From NCBI RefSeq assembly GCF_006345805.1, contig NC_043005.1, positions 12,772,001 to 12,836,000 of the forward strand: a stretch of DNA of 64,000 bases. The letters are read 5' to 3'. A program made the translations under genes and the position numbers. Under the pieces are notes generated by a model, which worked only from the letters and a program-made list of their open reading frames with translations, made no database searches and was not told the DNA's origin. Below, in pieces: positions 52,254-64,000 of this stretch (position 1 is the first letter of the stretch; each line of letters starts with the position of its first letter). This DNA is from Octopus sinensis (Eukaryota).

Positions 52254-52515
52254 GGGTGTGGTGTGTGGTGTGTGTGTGTGTATACAAAGGTATACACAAA
52301 CGTTTGTGTGTCTATGTCGTCCCCCCAAACATCGCTTGACAACTGATGCTGGTCTGTTTACGTCTCCGCTACTTAGCGGTTCGGCAAAAGAGAACCGATA
52401 GAATAAGTACTAGGCTTACAAGGAATAAGTCCTGGGAATCGATTTGCTCGACTGAAGGCGGTGCTCCATCATGGCCACAGTCAAATGACTGAAACAAGTA
52501 AAAGAGTAAAGAGAG
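51277..52515 (+). mobile_element. SINE family B split in two (51277-51445 and 52290-52515)
   Basis: 5' and 3' halves are separated by expanded (TA)n and a SINE D. Confidence 0.8.
51620..51954 (-). mobile_element. SINE family D
   Basis: Full length, (TA)n on both sides. Confidence 0.9.
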
Positions 52516-52519
52516 TAAA

Positions 52520-52590
52520 TAAATGGCGGTGCCCCAGTATGGCCACAGCTCGTGAGCTGAAACTAGATAAAATAAAATAAAATAAAATAT
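52520..52590 (+). mobile_element. Extremely 5'-truncated CR1-group LINE 3' end
   Basis: GGCGGTGCCCCAGTATGGCCACAGCTCGTGAGCTGAAACTAGA(TAAAA)n matches the LINE tail at 8726-8766; another copy at 47047-47090 on the minus strand. Confidence 0.7.
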
Positions 52591-53202
52591 ATAATATATA
52601 TATGTATATATCTGTTGACGCTTTTGCTCTGGTTTTGGTTTCCTCTTATTCTATTTAGCTCTCACGTCTGATCAAATTACTTACCTGCTGTGATCATACT
52701 GACATTTTAGGGATATCTACAACTACATTATTTAGTATGCCCATCCCCGTTTCTTCTCTCTCTTTTTTTTAGACGGTAGGCTGTGATCTGAAGTGAATTT
52801 GGTTGCTATTTGTAGCACATCACGTGACAGAGAACAGGCGGCCATATTTGTCTGGCGTCATAATGAAGTGAATGAGTTTGAGTAAGAAATGTCAGCGATG
52901 TTGGTAACTTCAGACAGATGTTATGTGTTAATTTATTGTTGACTTGGTTTACTGCTAGAAAGAAGGTCGTCTCTAGAATTAGACACTACACAAATTACAT
53001 TCATTTGTTGCACTAATGGAGTTTCGGTTTTTGTTGTTGCTGCTGTTGTTATTGTTGTTGTGATTGTCGGTGCTGTTGTTGTTGTTTCGTTATGTAGCCT
53101 GGATTTTTTAAAGAATTATTTTTATATTTTATAGCTTTTTATATGTTTAGGTGTGCGTGTCTGTGAATGTTTATGTGTGTGCCTATGTGTATTTCTTAAT
53201 TT

Positions 53203-53431
53203 TTTTATTGCCCACAAGGGGCTCAATATAGAGGTGGGGAAAACAAGGACAGACAAACGGATTAAGTCGATTATATCGACCCCGGTGCGTAACTGGTACT
53301 TATTTAATCGACCCCGAAAGGGTGAAAGGCAAAGTCGATCTCGGCGGAATTTGAACTCAGAACGTAGTGGCAGACAAAATACCGCTAAGCATTTTGTCCG
53401 GCGTGTTAACGTTTCTGCCAGCTCGCCGCCT
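53203..53431 (-). mobile_element. SINE family C monomer
   Basis: Family C homology. Confidence 0.88.
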
Positions 53432-53540
53432 CCTCGCTTGCCTGTGTGTATGTCTACTGGTATATAGATATTTATATATATACAAATACATATATAGATA
53501 CACACACACATACACATATATATATATTATATATATATAT

Positions 53541-54203
53541 AAACTTACTTGGAGGAAACGAAACGACGCGAGGGCGCTCAGTCATACAATAGTGTAATAA
53601 ATAAAATATATGCATACATACATACATATATGTACGTACCTACATCTACATGTATATATACATGCATATATAATTATGTATACGTGAGTACAGGACACCA
53701 CAAATAGACGTAGACTCAACGAGAAACGAAAACGTAAAAACAAACATGGAACGGACCTTTTTTTACAACGAAAAAAAAACAGAGTACAAGACAAACAACA
53801 CAAGGAAAATTCCCCTTCATCAGCTGTCCCTAGTACGACTCCATGCGTGTTTCGAAGGTGAGGACAGAACACGACTCGTCGAACTAGCCCTTCCTGCGAA
53901 GGAATTAGATAAAGTTCCTTTGCAGAGGGGTAAAAACAAGGAAAGAAAAAAATGTAACCAAAACAGGACGTAAAAACGATACAAATAAAATTACAAAATA
54001 AAATACAAAATAAAATACAAAATAAAAATACAATTATAAAAAAATACAGTACAAGAAATAAAAACAAACAAGAAAACAAACAATGAGGGCCTTTTTTGGC
54101 CTAGACGAGGAAAGATTCTTAAGAGCGCAGGAAGAAAGCGTGTTCACTGTTAGGAGGCCGCAAGCGAAAGGAAGTGGTCGCCCGGCTGTGAGAGAGATGA
54201 GGA

Positions 54204-54240
<37 letters not shown>

Positions 54241-54409
54241 GACAAGGAAGGAAGGGAAGGTCAAGCAAAGGGTTATAGAGTTTCGCGTCATAATTATATA
54301 TAAAAACTTACTTGGAGGAAACGAAATGACGTGAGGGCTCTCAGTCATACAATAGTGTAATAAATAAAATATATGCATACGTACATACATATATGTACGT
54401 ACCTACATC

Positions 54410-54423
<14 letters not shown>
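53541..54423. mobile_element. Non-coding element bounded by 120-bp direct repeats
   Basis: 53541-53660 versus 54304-54423 differ by 4 substitutions; (TA)n on both flanks; CTGATGA on the minus strand near 53820. Confidence 0.65.
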
Positions 54424-54440
<17 letters not shown>

Positions 54441-54921
54441 TATCCATCCATCCATACGCACATACACACACATTATGCGTATGTATATATGTGAGTGTGT
54501 GTGTATGTGTTACATTATCTCAGCATCGAATAGACCACAAGATGCTATTATACACCACTGGACACAATCCGCTTTCATTTGTTTCGTTTGCGCCATTTTT
54601 TTCCATCTTGACCCAAATTGCTTTGCGGAATCGTCTTCCCATCGTCGTGGAAGCCTTCCCAGTGGCCTTTTTCGATCTCTTGAATACCATTCGGCAACGG
54701 TGCTGCTCCGCCTGCTGTTTCTGAAGCTTGTGACATGTCCCGCCCAGTGGAACTTGTGCTTTCGATATTCTACGATTACATCGTTTATTCCGCTCCGTTC
54801 CTGAATTATCTTATTTCGAATACGCTCTCGTAATGATATTCCAAGCATAGATCTTTTCATAGCCCATTGCACTGTAGCCAGTCTATGTTCCATACTCTTC
54901 GTAGTGGCCCACGTCTCACTT

Positions 54922-55232
54922 GTGGAGGCACATGGCCTAGTGGTTAGAGCAGCGGACTCGCGGTCGAGGGATCGCGGGTTCGAAGCTCAGACCGGGCGAT
55001 GTATGTGTTTATGAGCAAAACACCTAAGCTCCGCGAGGCTCCGGCAGAATGTAATGGCGAAACTTCTGCTGACTCTTTCGCCGCAACTTTCTCTCACTCT
55101 TTCCTCCTGCATCTTGCAGCTCACCTGCGGCGGACCGGCGTCCCGTCCAGGTGGGGAACCTATACGCCAAGAAACCGGGAAACTGGCCCTTATGAGCCAA
55201 GCATGGCTCGAGAAGGAACAAAAAGAAAAAAA
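54922..55232 (+). mobile_element. SINE family A2 inserted in the RTE
   Basis: 12-bp TSD CACGTCTCACTT at 54910 and 55233. Confidence 0.92.
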
Positions 55233-55699
55233 CACGTCTCACTTGCGTATAAGAAGACAGGTAGGACAGTGCTATTGAAAAGTCTGGCACGTACGATATT
55301 GTCTAGCTTTGTTTTAAACACAACCTTTAAGTCAAATGCATTCTATTCTGCGCTTATTTTTCTTGAGATTTCATCATCTATATCTCTGTACATATTCACT
55401 GTGTGCCCTAAGTAACCATACTCCTTTACTTCGTCGGTTTCATCGCTCCTATCCGACCTTGTGCTACGTCTTTCGGAAGCACATATTTTGTTTTATGTGG
55501 TTTATCTTAGACCTACCGCTAAGCTCTGAGTGTGCTGCTGTATAAGTATGGTCTGCTGTTGGTCTATAGTTTCAACGATGAGTACAATGCCCTCACTGTA
55601 CAAAAGAATCAAATGCCAGCCTGTTGTATAAGAATGGTGATTTTAAAAAAAGAAGATTTGAAAAAGAGGATTTTAAAAAGATTTAAAACACAATCGCTC

Positions 55700-56110
55700 C
55701 AGGAGTGGCTGTGTGGTAAGTAGCTTGCTAACCAGCCACATGGTTCCGGGTTCAGTCCCACTGCGTGGCATCTTGGGCAAGTGTCTTCTGCTATAGCCCC
55801 GGGCCGACCAATGCCTTGTGAGTGGATTTGGTAGACGGAAACTGAAAGAAGCCTGTCGTATATATGTATATATGTATGTATGTGCGTGTAAGTGTTTGTG
55901 TGTCTGTGTTTGTCCCCCTAGCATTGCTTGACAACCGATGCTGGTGTTTATACGTCCCCGTCACTTAGCGGTTCGGCAAAAGAGACCGATAGAATAAGTA
56001 CTGGGCTTACAAAGAATAAGTCCCGGGGTCGATTTGCTCGACTAAAGGCGGTGCTCCAGCATGGCCGCAGTCAAATGACTGAAACAAGTAAAAGAGTAAA
56101 AGAGTAAGAG
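55700..56110 (+). mobile_element. SINE family B inserted in the RTE
   Basis: Family B homology; RT coding similarity resumes on both sides. Confidence 0.92.
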
Positions 56111-56591
56111 TATACTCTTCTTGTCGCACATTTAAAAGCGGTTTACAAAGGTTATAGTCAGCAGAATATCAAACGATCGCGATGAGCGACAGCCGCAGAA
56201 GAGCAAGCAGGTTTCCGTAAGAACTGTAGTACAATAGATTAGATATTCACTGAAACACTGCTCATAAAAGGAGCGAATGAGTACAAGCTTCCTCAGTGAA
56301 TCGCTTTTTTTTAAAACGAAAAGGCCTTCAGTAGCGTCGAGTCGAACACAGATTTGAAATCCCTAGATGTGCAAGGTGAAGTGGTGCACTACATCAAACT
56401 GCTCAGATATGCGAAATTTGGGTGCACAACAGATATAGCTCTACTGTTACTACGCGTAAGAGTCCCAATTGAGAAGAGAGCCATGCATCTCTCCAAAACT
56501 CTCTACCGCAGGAAATGGTCGTCAAATCGAGGACATTGACTGGGCAGGAGACGTGAACATCAATGGTAAGCAACTAACACACCTCTAATTC

Positions 56592-57060
56592 ATATATGTG
56601 CGCGTGTGTGTGTGTATGTATGTGTGAGTATGTACGTGCGTGCGTGTGTGTATGTGTGTGTATGCGGGCTTGTGTGTGTGTGTACATGCATGCGTGTATG
56701 GATGGATAGATGGATGGATGGATAGATGGATGGATGGATGGATGGATGGATGGACGGACGGATGGATGGATGGACGGACGGACAGACGGACGGACGGACG
56801 GATGGATGGATGGATGGATGGATGGACGGATGGACAGACGGACGGACGGATGGACGGACGGACGGACGGACGGACGGACGGACGGACGGATGGATGGATG
56901 GATGGATGGACGGATGGATGGACGGATGGACTGACGGATGGATGGATGGATGGATGGACGGACGGACGGACGGACGGACGGACGGACGGACGGATGGATG
57001 GATGGATGGATGGATGGATGGATGGGTGGTTGGATGGATGTGTGTGTGTATGTATGAAGT
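56592..57060. repeat. (TG)n plus (GGAT)n/(GGAC)n compound array
   Basis: Direct reading. Confidence 0.95.
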
Positions 57061-57912
57061 AGCGGAGTTACTCGACACGGCACGAAATGAAAAGTTAAAT
57101 CAGCAAATTGAAACCTGGAAGTTTTTGGGGTTTTTATTTATTTATTTTTTTTTTTCAATAAATTATTCAGTAAGAAAATGGAGTCTCAGAAAAAGTTGTA
57201 ACGGTGGTCGATGACGAAGCAACACTGAAGATTCCAAGGAATTTAGGATCCCCTTTGAATAGTTAACAACTAAATTTTGATCGATAGCTGTATCAATAGA
57301 TCTGTAAATATAATCATCCTTTGGAATATTTAGAAACAGATCTTTTTTTCATTTTTTTTTCTTTTGTTTTCTTGTTTGGTTGGTGACTTTAACTTCCAGT
57401 CTTTTTTTCTCTGCCAATATCGCTCTTTCATACAACCAAGTAAAGACTTTTAGCAGTAACTAGTAATTAGATACTTTGTTTCATTAATTCATTAACACTT
57501 TGAACCACTGTACTGATAGTAAACATAACTTTGTTGTTTTTTTTTCCACAAATAGACCAGAATCGTGATCACCATAATTTGTTGCTTCCTTGTTAGTCGT
57601 AAGCTTCGATGTTTTAACGGTGTGCCACAAACAGGTTGATTTAAGTCTTGGTCGAATTTCATTATTTTTTGTTCCCTGGGGTATAACTGATCAAATTTGA
57701 AATATACACTATTAGCCGTAATCATGAATCCCCAATTTCAAAATATCTGAACAAAATGCAAAATAAATAAGACCATCCATGTTTTTGTAAAGAATCCGTT
57801 ATTATGAAATTATTTTTAAAGTTCTGATTTCAAATGTTTGGTTTACAAAAGCTAATCAACTTTCTTTCCATGTGTGTGCGTGCGAGTGTATGTATGTATG
57901 TATGTATGTATG

Positions 57913-57946
<34 letters not shown>

Positions 57947-57948
57947 TG

Positions 57949-57974
<26 letters not shown>

Positions 57975-57979
<5 letters not shown>

Positions 57980-58330
57980 GGCTGTATCATGCGCGGGGAC
58001 AGAAATAATCGGACTGAATACCCGATCGCGCGGTTAAACCATTGGGAGTGAAGGACTCCTAGCCTTTGTTAGGGAATTCTTCTAGGAGAAGGTAACTCAG
58101 GAAACTGGGATAACTCCGACATAAAACCTGCGGCTCAGTGGTTACCGATGATGTTGACTTGTTCTTCTTTTCGGATTATGGCTGATGTTGCTTAGTGAGT
58201 GGGATTGACTCAGTGCACAGCCTTTCCTCACTTTAAAAAAAATCTTCATGCTCAGGCATTGCACGATAACAACATTGATTAAGCTTCATGCAATGGCCAT
58301 ACTCGATAACGAGGGGGCAACCACCATGTA
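57975..58330 (+). mobile_element. Possible RTE-type 5' UTR fragment
   Basis: TTAGGG...CTAGGAGAAGG.AACTC...ATAAAACC resembles a motif recalled from RTE 5' UTRs; no ORF. Confidence 0.35.
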
Positions 58331-58340
58331 TATATATATA

Positions 58341-58553
58341 CGAAGGAGTGATGAAGAGTTTTTGGTTTTGGGTAAAAAGAAAATACAGGAGAATCAGTTA
58401 ATTATGATTTCATTCAACATATTTCCCTCTCGGATTCATACACTTATTGCAGCTGTCCTTCAGTTTTCCTAAAGCCAGCAAAAGAACTCGGAAGGGTTGA
58501 CCTCCAGCCACGCCTTTCGCGAAAACCTTAAAGTACTTTTCAGCACCCCATCG
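58341..58553. mobile_element. Mariner-derived MITE (213 bp)
   Basis: TA-flanked degenerate TIRs CGAAGGAGTGATGAAGAGT and CGATGGGGTGCTGAAAAGT; minus strand keeps a transposase-like tail LKDSCNKCMNPRGKYVE*. Confidence 0.7.
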
Positions 58554-58560
58554 TACGTAT

Positions 58561-58780
58561 AGGCGGCGAGCTGGCAGAGACGTTAGCACGCTGGGCGAAA
58601 TGCGTAGCCGTATTTCGTCTGCCGCTACGTTCTGAGTTCAAATTCCGCCGAGGTCGACTTTACCTTTCATCCTTTCGAGGTCGATTAAATAAGTACCAGT
58701 TACGCACTGGGGTCGATATAATCGACTTAATCCGTTTGTTTGTCCTCTTTTTTTAGCCCCTTGTGGGTAGTAAAGAAATA
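58561..58780 (+). mobile_element. SINE family C monomer
   Basis: Family C homology; followed by (TATG)n. Confidence 0.9.
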
Positions 58781-58962
58781 TGTATGTATGTATGTATGTA
58801 TGTACGTATGTATGTATGTATGTATGTATGTTTGTATGTTTGTATGTATGTATGTTTGTATGTATGTTTGTATGTATGTATGTATGTATGTATATATGTA
58901 TGTATGCATGTATGTATGTATGTATGTATGTATGTATGTATGTATGCATGTATGTATGTATG

Positions 58963-58995
<33 letters not shown>

Positions 58996-59325
58996 TTGTA
59001 TGTTTGTATGTATGTATGCATGTATGTATGTATGTATGTATGTTTGTATGTTTGTATGTATGTATGCATGTTTGTATGTATGTATGTATGTATGTTTGTA
59101 TGTATGTATGTATGTATGTATGTATGTATGTATGCATGTATGTATGTATGTATATATGTATGTATGTATGTATGTATATATGTGTATGTATGTATGTATG
59201 TATGTATGTATGTATGTATGTGTATGTATGTATGTTTGTATGTATGTATGTATGTATGTATGATGTATGTATGTATGTTTGTATGTATGTATGTATGTAT
59301 GTATGTATGTATGTATGTATGTGTT
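58780..59325. repeat. (TATG)n array, ~545 bp
   Basis: Direct reading. Confidence 0.95.
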
Positions 59326-59794
59326 TGCATATTCTCCCAAGATAGAATAGTCCGCCATTAAAATACCACTTAAAGACTGCTTGCTGTAAACTGCACCAAC
59401 TGTGCATCTATTCAGGAAACAGCTGTAAGGATCAATCTGCACATCTTCCTTCTCTTCTCTTATCAGCATCATCATCATCATTATCAGCATCGGTATCAAC
59501 AGCAGCAGCAGCAGCAGCAAAACTACCAGCAGTAGCAAACGGCCACGACACAAACACGATCGTAGTCGACATCGTAGACATAGGCATCATCATCTTAATT
59601 ACCAACATCTATACTCTTACTTTAAAATGAATACAAGATGTGGCGTTAACTCTCACTCTCTCTCTCTCTCCCCTCCTTCTCTCCCTCCTTTTTTATCTAT
59701 GTATCTATCTGCCTTTTTTTCCGTCTCTCTTCCGCTTCTTTTTTCTTCTGTTTCTTTCCCTGCCTTTCTATCTATCTGTTTATCTAACTATCTA

Positions 59795-60443
59795 CTGGGT
59801 TGGTGCATAATTATTGCGGCTTTTTTCAACAAATTTTATTCAACAACTAGCAGTATCGCCCGGCGTTGCTCGGGTTTGTAAGGGAAATAACTATATAAGC
59901 ATTTTTAGAGATGTAAAGTATAATAGCCATCTCAATATGGCTAACCACAAGGGGGGGGTGTTACTGTAGCTTTTTACGTTCTGAGATTTAATGATAAATT
60001 TTTAGAGAGTTACTTCCCTTATATATGCCAAAAATGCATTAAAAATGTGAAAAATTGATGGTAATTTTTTTTTAAATCGTAGACTCATCGTAGACGCGCG
60101 CTAATACCCAGAAGGGCTCGATATGAATCACGACTATAAGATACCGGGTTTTGGTTACACTGCACTGCAAAATGTGGGAGTAGTTAGGAATCTAAATCGT
60201 AGGAGACAGACAGCACACAACCTCTCTTTTATATATAAAGATAACTACAACATGTAACAGAAACATCTTTAAATGATTATTCCGGAGCATATTCACCATC
60301 TACTTCAATTACTACCTCCCATTTGCTTGGCAGTCAGACCGTCATTTAAAGGTTTTGGGTTTTTTTTGTTAAATATTGTTATTGCTTATGTCGAATAAAA
60401 TTTTGTGGAAAAAAAAAGCCACAATAATTAAGCACCAACCCAA
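59795..60443. mobile_element. Mariner MITE (~254 bp net) carrying a nested Helitron
   Basis: TIRs (C/T)TGGGTTGGTGC(A/T)TAATTATTG(C/T)GGCTTTTTT with TA TSD; minus strand LPSKWEVVIEVDGEYAPE* at 60277-60333. Confidence 0.85.
59847..60241 (-). mobile_element. Non-autonomous Helitron (395 bp)
   Basis: TC...CTAG termini, A|T target; second copy of 38063-38455. Confidence 0.85.
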
Positions 60444-60769
60444 TATAATCCTTCACTGTTTCTTCTTCACATCCTCCCTACCTTCTTTACTGATGAATTG
60501 TAATGAGAACTTATGCTATATGCTGACTTAACTACCTCGAGATAATTAAATCTCTCTGAAACCACGTCTTACATGTAAAAAACAAAGAAAGGCACATCAG
60601 ATAATACAATCACGCACAAAGATATAATAATGATATCTGGGGTTATCACGGTTGTGACGCCTATCTTCCAACGTCTACGCTGTCAGAACTGGTCTGGGGG
60701 CTTTAAGCAACACCAATTTCAACAGGGATTTCTCATGCGAAACTTGATGTCAATGATGCTGATGTTGCT

Positions 60770-60786
60770 GCTGCTGATGATGATCG

Positions 60787-60835
<49 letters not shown>

Positions 60836-60912
60836 AATGGTGGTGGTGGTGGTGGTGGTGGTGGTGGTGGTGGTGGTGGTGGTGGTGGTGATGATGATGA
60901 TGATGGTGGTGG

Positions 60913-60946
<34 letters not shown>

Positions 60947-60998
60947 GGTGGTGGTGGTGGTGATGATGATGATGATGGTGGTGGTGATGATGATGATA

Positions 60999-61030
<32 letters not shown>

Positions 61031-61205
61031 GGTGGTGGTGGTGGTGGTGGTGATGATGATGATGTTGATGTTGTTGCCGATGATGACGACAACGACGACA
61101 ACGACGACAGCGACGACGACGACGACGACGACGACAACGATGATGATGATGATGATGATGAGGACGATAGCAATGATGATACCGTTGTTGTTGTTGTTGT
61201 TGTTG
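60770..61205. repeat. Alternating (GAT)n/(GGT)n/(GAC)n/(GTT)n blocks
   Basis: Direct reading. Confidence 0.95.
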
Positions 61206-61675
61206 CTTAGTCTTTGGCCAGCCCTGATTAAGCAGACCTTTTATGCCTCTGTCATCACCATTTTGTCTTTTCTTTGTTTTTTTTTGTTTGTTTTTTTTCT
61301 ATTTAAGACATTTTTCTGCGTAGCTACAACTTTATCCAATGTTTCCTTCCTTTCCTGATATGACAGAAGTCTGAGGGGGAAAAAAGGGGATATTTTGAAG
61401 CTATTTCTATTAAAACAACAGACCATGTAAACGTTGCCTCATTGGCTCGTTTGGATCATAGGATGGAGAATTGGAGCCAAAATAGAGATAACCACAGTAA
61501 TTTCCTTTTAATTTATATTGGTTATTATCATTTAATCTGATGGAGTGAAGGAAGCACTCTTCGCATATCCTCTGAAACTTGTCGGTGGAGAAAAATGAAG
61601 TTTTCCTAAAAATGTAGACTTTCGCAGCTACAACGTTGATTTCTCTACAGTCACCCAAGGTGCCTGGTCGTCGTT

Positions 61676-62088
61676 AGGAGTGGCTGTGTGGTAAGTAGCT
61701 TGCTAACCAACCACATGGTTGCGGGTTCAGTCCAACTGCGTGGCATCTTGGGCAAGTGTCTTCTGCTATAGCCCCGGGCCGACCAATGCCTTGTGAGTGG
61801 ATTTGGTAGACGGAAACTGAAAGAAGCCTGTCGTATATATGTATATGTATATATGTGTGTGTGTGTGTGTGTTTGTGTGTCTGTGATTGTCCCTCTAGCA
61901 TTGCTTGACAACCGATGCTGGTGTGTTTACGTCCCCGTCACTTAGCAGTTCGGCAAAAGAGACCGATAGAATAAGTACTGGGCTTACAAAGAATAAGTCC
62001 CGGGGTCGATTTGCTCGACTAAAGGCGGTGCTCCAGCATGGCCGCAGTCAAATGACTGAAACAAGTAAAAGAGTAAAAGTGTAAAAGA
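61676..62088 (+). mobile_element. SINE family B
   Basis: Family B homology. Confidence 0.92.
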
Positions 62089-62239
62089 GATAGACTAAGT
62101 GTACCGCGAAAAATTTCTGTGAAAGTGTTTCGTAATTTCACAACCAAATCAATTCACTTATATCCCGATAGCCAGGTATATATTTTCAGGATATGAGTCC
62201 CGGAATTCTTCAATGTTTCTATCGTCTTCTTTTAATTGT

Positions 62240-62431
62240 TTCAGTTATTGGACTGAGGCCATGCTGGGGCACCGCCTTGAAGAGCCTTTTTAGTCAAATA
62301 AATCGATTTCTGTATTTTTTTTTTTTTTTTTTAAGTCTAGTACTTATTCTAGTAGTCTCTTTTGCAGAAATGCTGTTTCGGGGACAAACAAGCAGCGATT
62401 ATCAAACGGTGATGGGAACAATCACAAACGT

Positions 62432-62480
<49 letters not shown>

Positions 62481-62610
62481 CATATATGCATATGAGTACA
62501 TGATGAGGTTCCTCACAGTTTCCGTCTTTCAAATTCATTCACTAGTCATTGATCGGCTTTGGGTTATTATTAGAAGTCGTCTCTCGTCCACTGTACCACG
62601 CAGTGCGAAT
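62240..62610 (-). mobile_element. SINE family B, old and diverged
   Basis: GGCCATGCTGGGGCACCGCC tail plus diverged body. Confidence 0.55.
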
Positions 62611-63216
62611 GAACTCAGAACACACTTATCAAAATGACCTCCTTTACTACAAATCCATGCCTACAACTGTGTTTCTTTTTTTTTTTTCCTTTTTTTTCTT
62701 TCTATTTCTTTACACTACTGCCTCAACACTCTACACTCTACTTTAACTTTCGTACGTTATTCATGTCCACTCACAACTTACATAATTACATTATTTCAAG
62801 CAGAATATCTAATATGTCAAATTCAATAAACTGTTGCACTCATGGAACCGTCATACGTGTTCGTTCGACCTGTTAGAAATAGCAGTCAAATCCCTCTTAA
62901 ATAACATTCAAAGTTTCACATACACAAAGGTTCGAAAAAATAAACTCCACTCAAAAACTTGGGTCGATTTAATCGACTAACACCACCCCACTACCCCTAA
63001 AACTGCCATTATGTCTAAATTACAAACGGGTATCGTTGTCTTAATAGTGCAACAAGCTGGCAGAATCGTCAGCATGCCGGACAAAACGCTTCCCGGAATT
63101 TCTTCCGACCTTACGTTCTAAGTTCAAATTCCACAGAAATCGTTTTTGCCTTTTATCTTTTCGGGGTCGATAAAATAAGTACAAATTGAGTATTCAGCTT
63201 AAAGACTGAAACAAAT

Positions 63217-63361
63217 AGGCATAGTAGTGGCTGTGTGGTAAGTAGCTTGCTTACCAACCACATGGTTCAGGGTTCATTCCTACTGCATGGCACCTTAGGC
63301 AAGTGTCTTCTACTGAAAGAAGCCCGTCGTATATATGTATATATATATATGTATGTGTCTG

Positions 63362-63400
<39 letters not shown>

Positions 63401-63633
63401 ATGTATGTGTGTGTATGTTTGTGTGTCTGTGTTTGTCTCCTACCCCAACATCGCTTGACAAATGATGCTGGTGTATTTACGTTCCCGTAACTTAGCGGTT
63501 TAACAAAAGAGACCGATAGAATAAGTACTAGGCTTACAAAGAATACGTCCTGGGGTCGATTTGCTCAACTAAAAGCGGTGCTCCAGCATGGCCACAGTCA
63601 CATGACTGAAACAAGTAAAAGAGTAAAAGAGTA
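63217..63633 (+). mobile_element. SINE family B, CORE-like segment partly deleted
   Basis: GTGTCTTCTACT is joined directly to GAAAGAAGCC. Confidence 0.88.
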
Positions 63634-63938
63634 AATATATATATTTATATAGATATTATATTTCCAGCACTTTATGTTCTGAGTTCAAATCTCAACGAGG
63701 TCAACATTGCCATTCAACTCGCCGGCTTCGATTCAAATAAGGTAACAGGCTGATAATGGTGTCCAAGTACTTGTTAGACCTACGTCTCAAAGGGGCTGAT
63801 CTTTGTGCCTCAATTAGAAACCTTTTCAATGCGGTGGGTTGTCAGAATCGTTAGTGCAACGTGTAAAATGTGAAAGAACTGGAGATCGGGGAAGATAAGT
63901 CCGACAATGAACATTGACCTGCATCGATAAAATAAAAA

Positions 63939-64000
63939 TGTGGAGGCGCAATGACCCAGTGGTTAGGACAGCGGACTCGCAGTTGTAGGATCGCGGTTTC
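63939..64000 (+). mobile_element. SINE family A head, runs off the window
   Basis: GTGGAGGCGCAATGACCCAGTGGTTAGGACAGCGGACTCGC. Confidence 0.85.

Larger units (their letters stand above)
54510..56591. mobile_element. RTE-clade LINE with internal inversion (3' part minus, 5' part plus)
   Basis: Minus: GIVLIVET, EVKEYGYLG, LFNSTVLPVFLYASETW, WAGHV, RKRPLGRLPRRWEDD. Plus: [50 protein letters not shown]. Confidence 0.85.

Noticed and set aside
52680-52720. Perfect minus-strand donor CAG|GTAAGT
   Set aside because: It lies in what appears to be a diverged interspersed repeat, with no credible exon upstream.
53815-53860. Permuted (type II or III) hammerhead from GAAAC and CTGATGA on the minus strand
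   Set aside because: Stems I and III do not pair consistently in either permutation.

Overview
AT-rich eukaryotic intergenic or intronic DNA made almost entirely of microsatellites and decayed transposable elements. The repeat repertoire resembles Octopus or another coleoid cephalopod; this is an inference from remembered repeat families, not a database search. No host gene exon could be supported, and most listed ORFs are microsatellite artefacts. Elements recognised: a full-length decayed mariner, a maT-like transposase, a Tigger/pogo remnant, two mariner MITEs, two CR1-group LINE copies, an RTE LINE with an internal inversion, Tx1/L1-like, R4/Dong-like, Penelope-like and Gypsy fragments, two young non-autonomous Helitrons, a Helentron-type HINE, and many copies of four tRNA-derived SINE families (working labels A-D) plus an (AAT)n-embedded element (label F). 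Most notable: (1) a recurring architecture in which perfect or near-perfect fold-back palindromes with 27-114 bp arms abut (TA)n tracts; (2) a complete-looking type I hammerhead ribozyme at 35866-35940 plus several decayed ones; (3) a twin-priming-like RTE insertion; (4) a two-hairpin 3' tail shared by the CR1 LINE and SINE B with compensatory changes; (5) SINE C multimers with a fixed junction.
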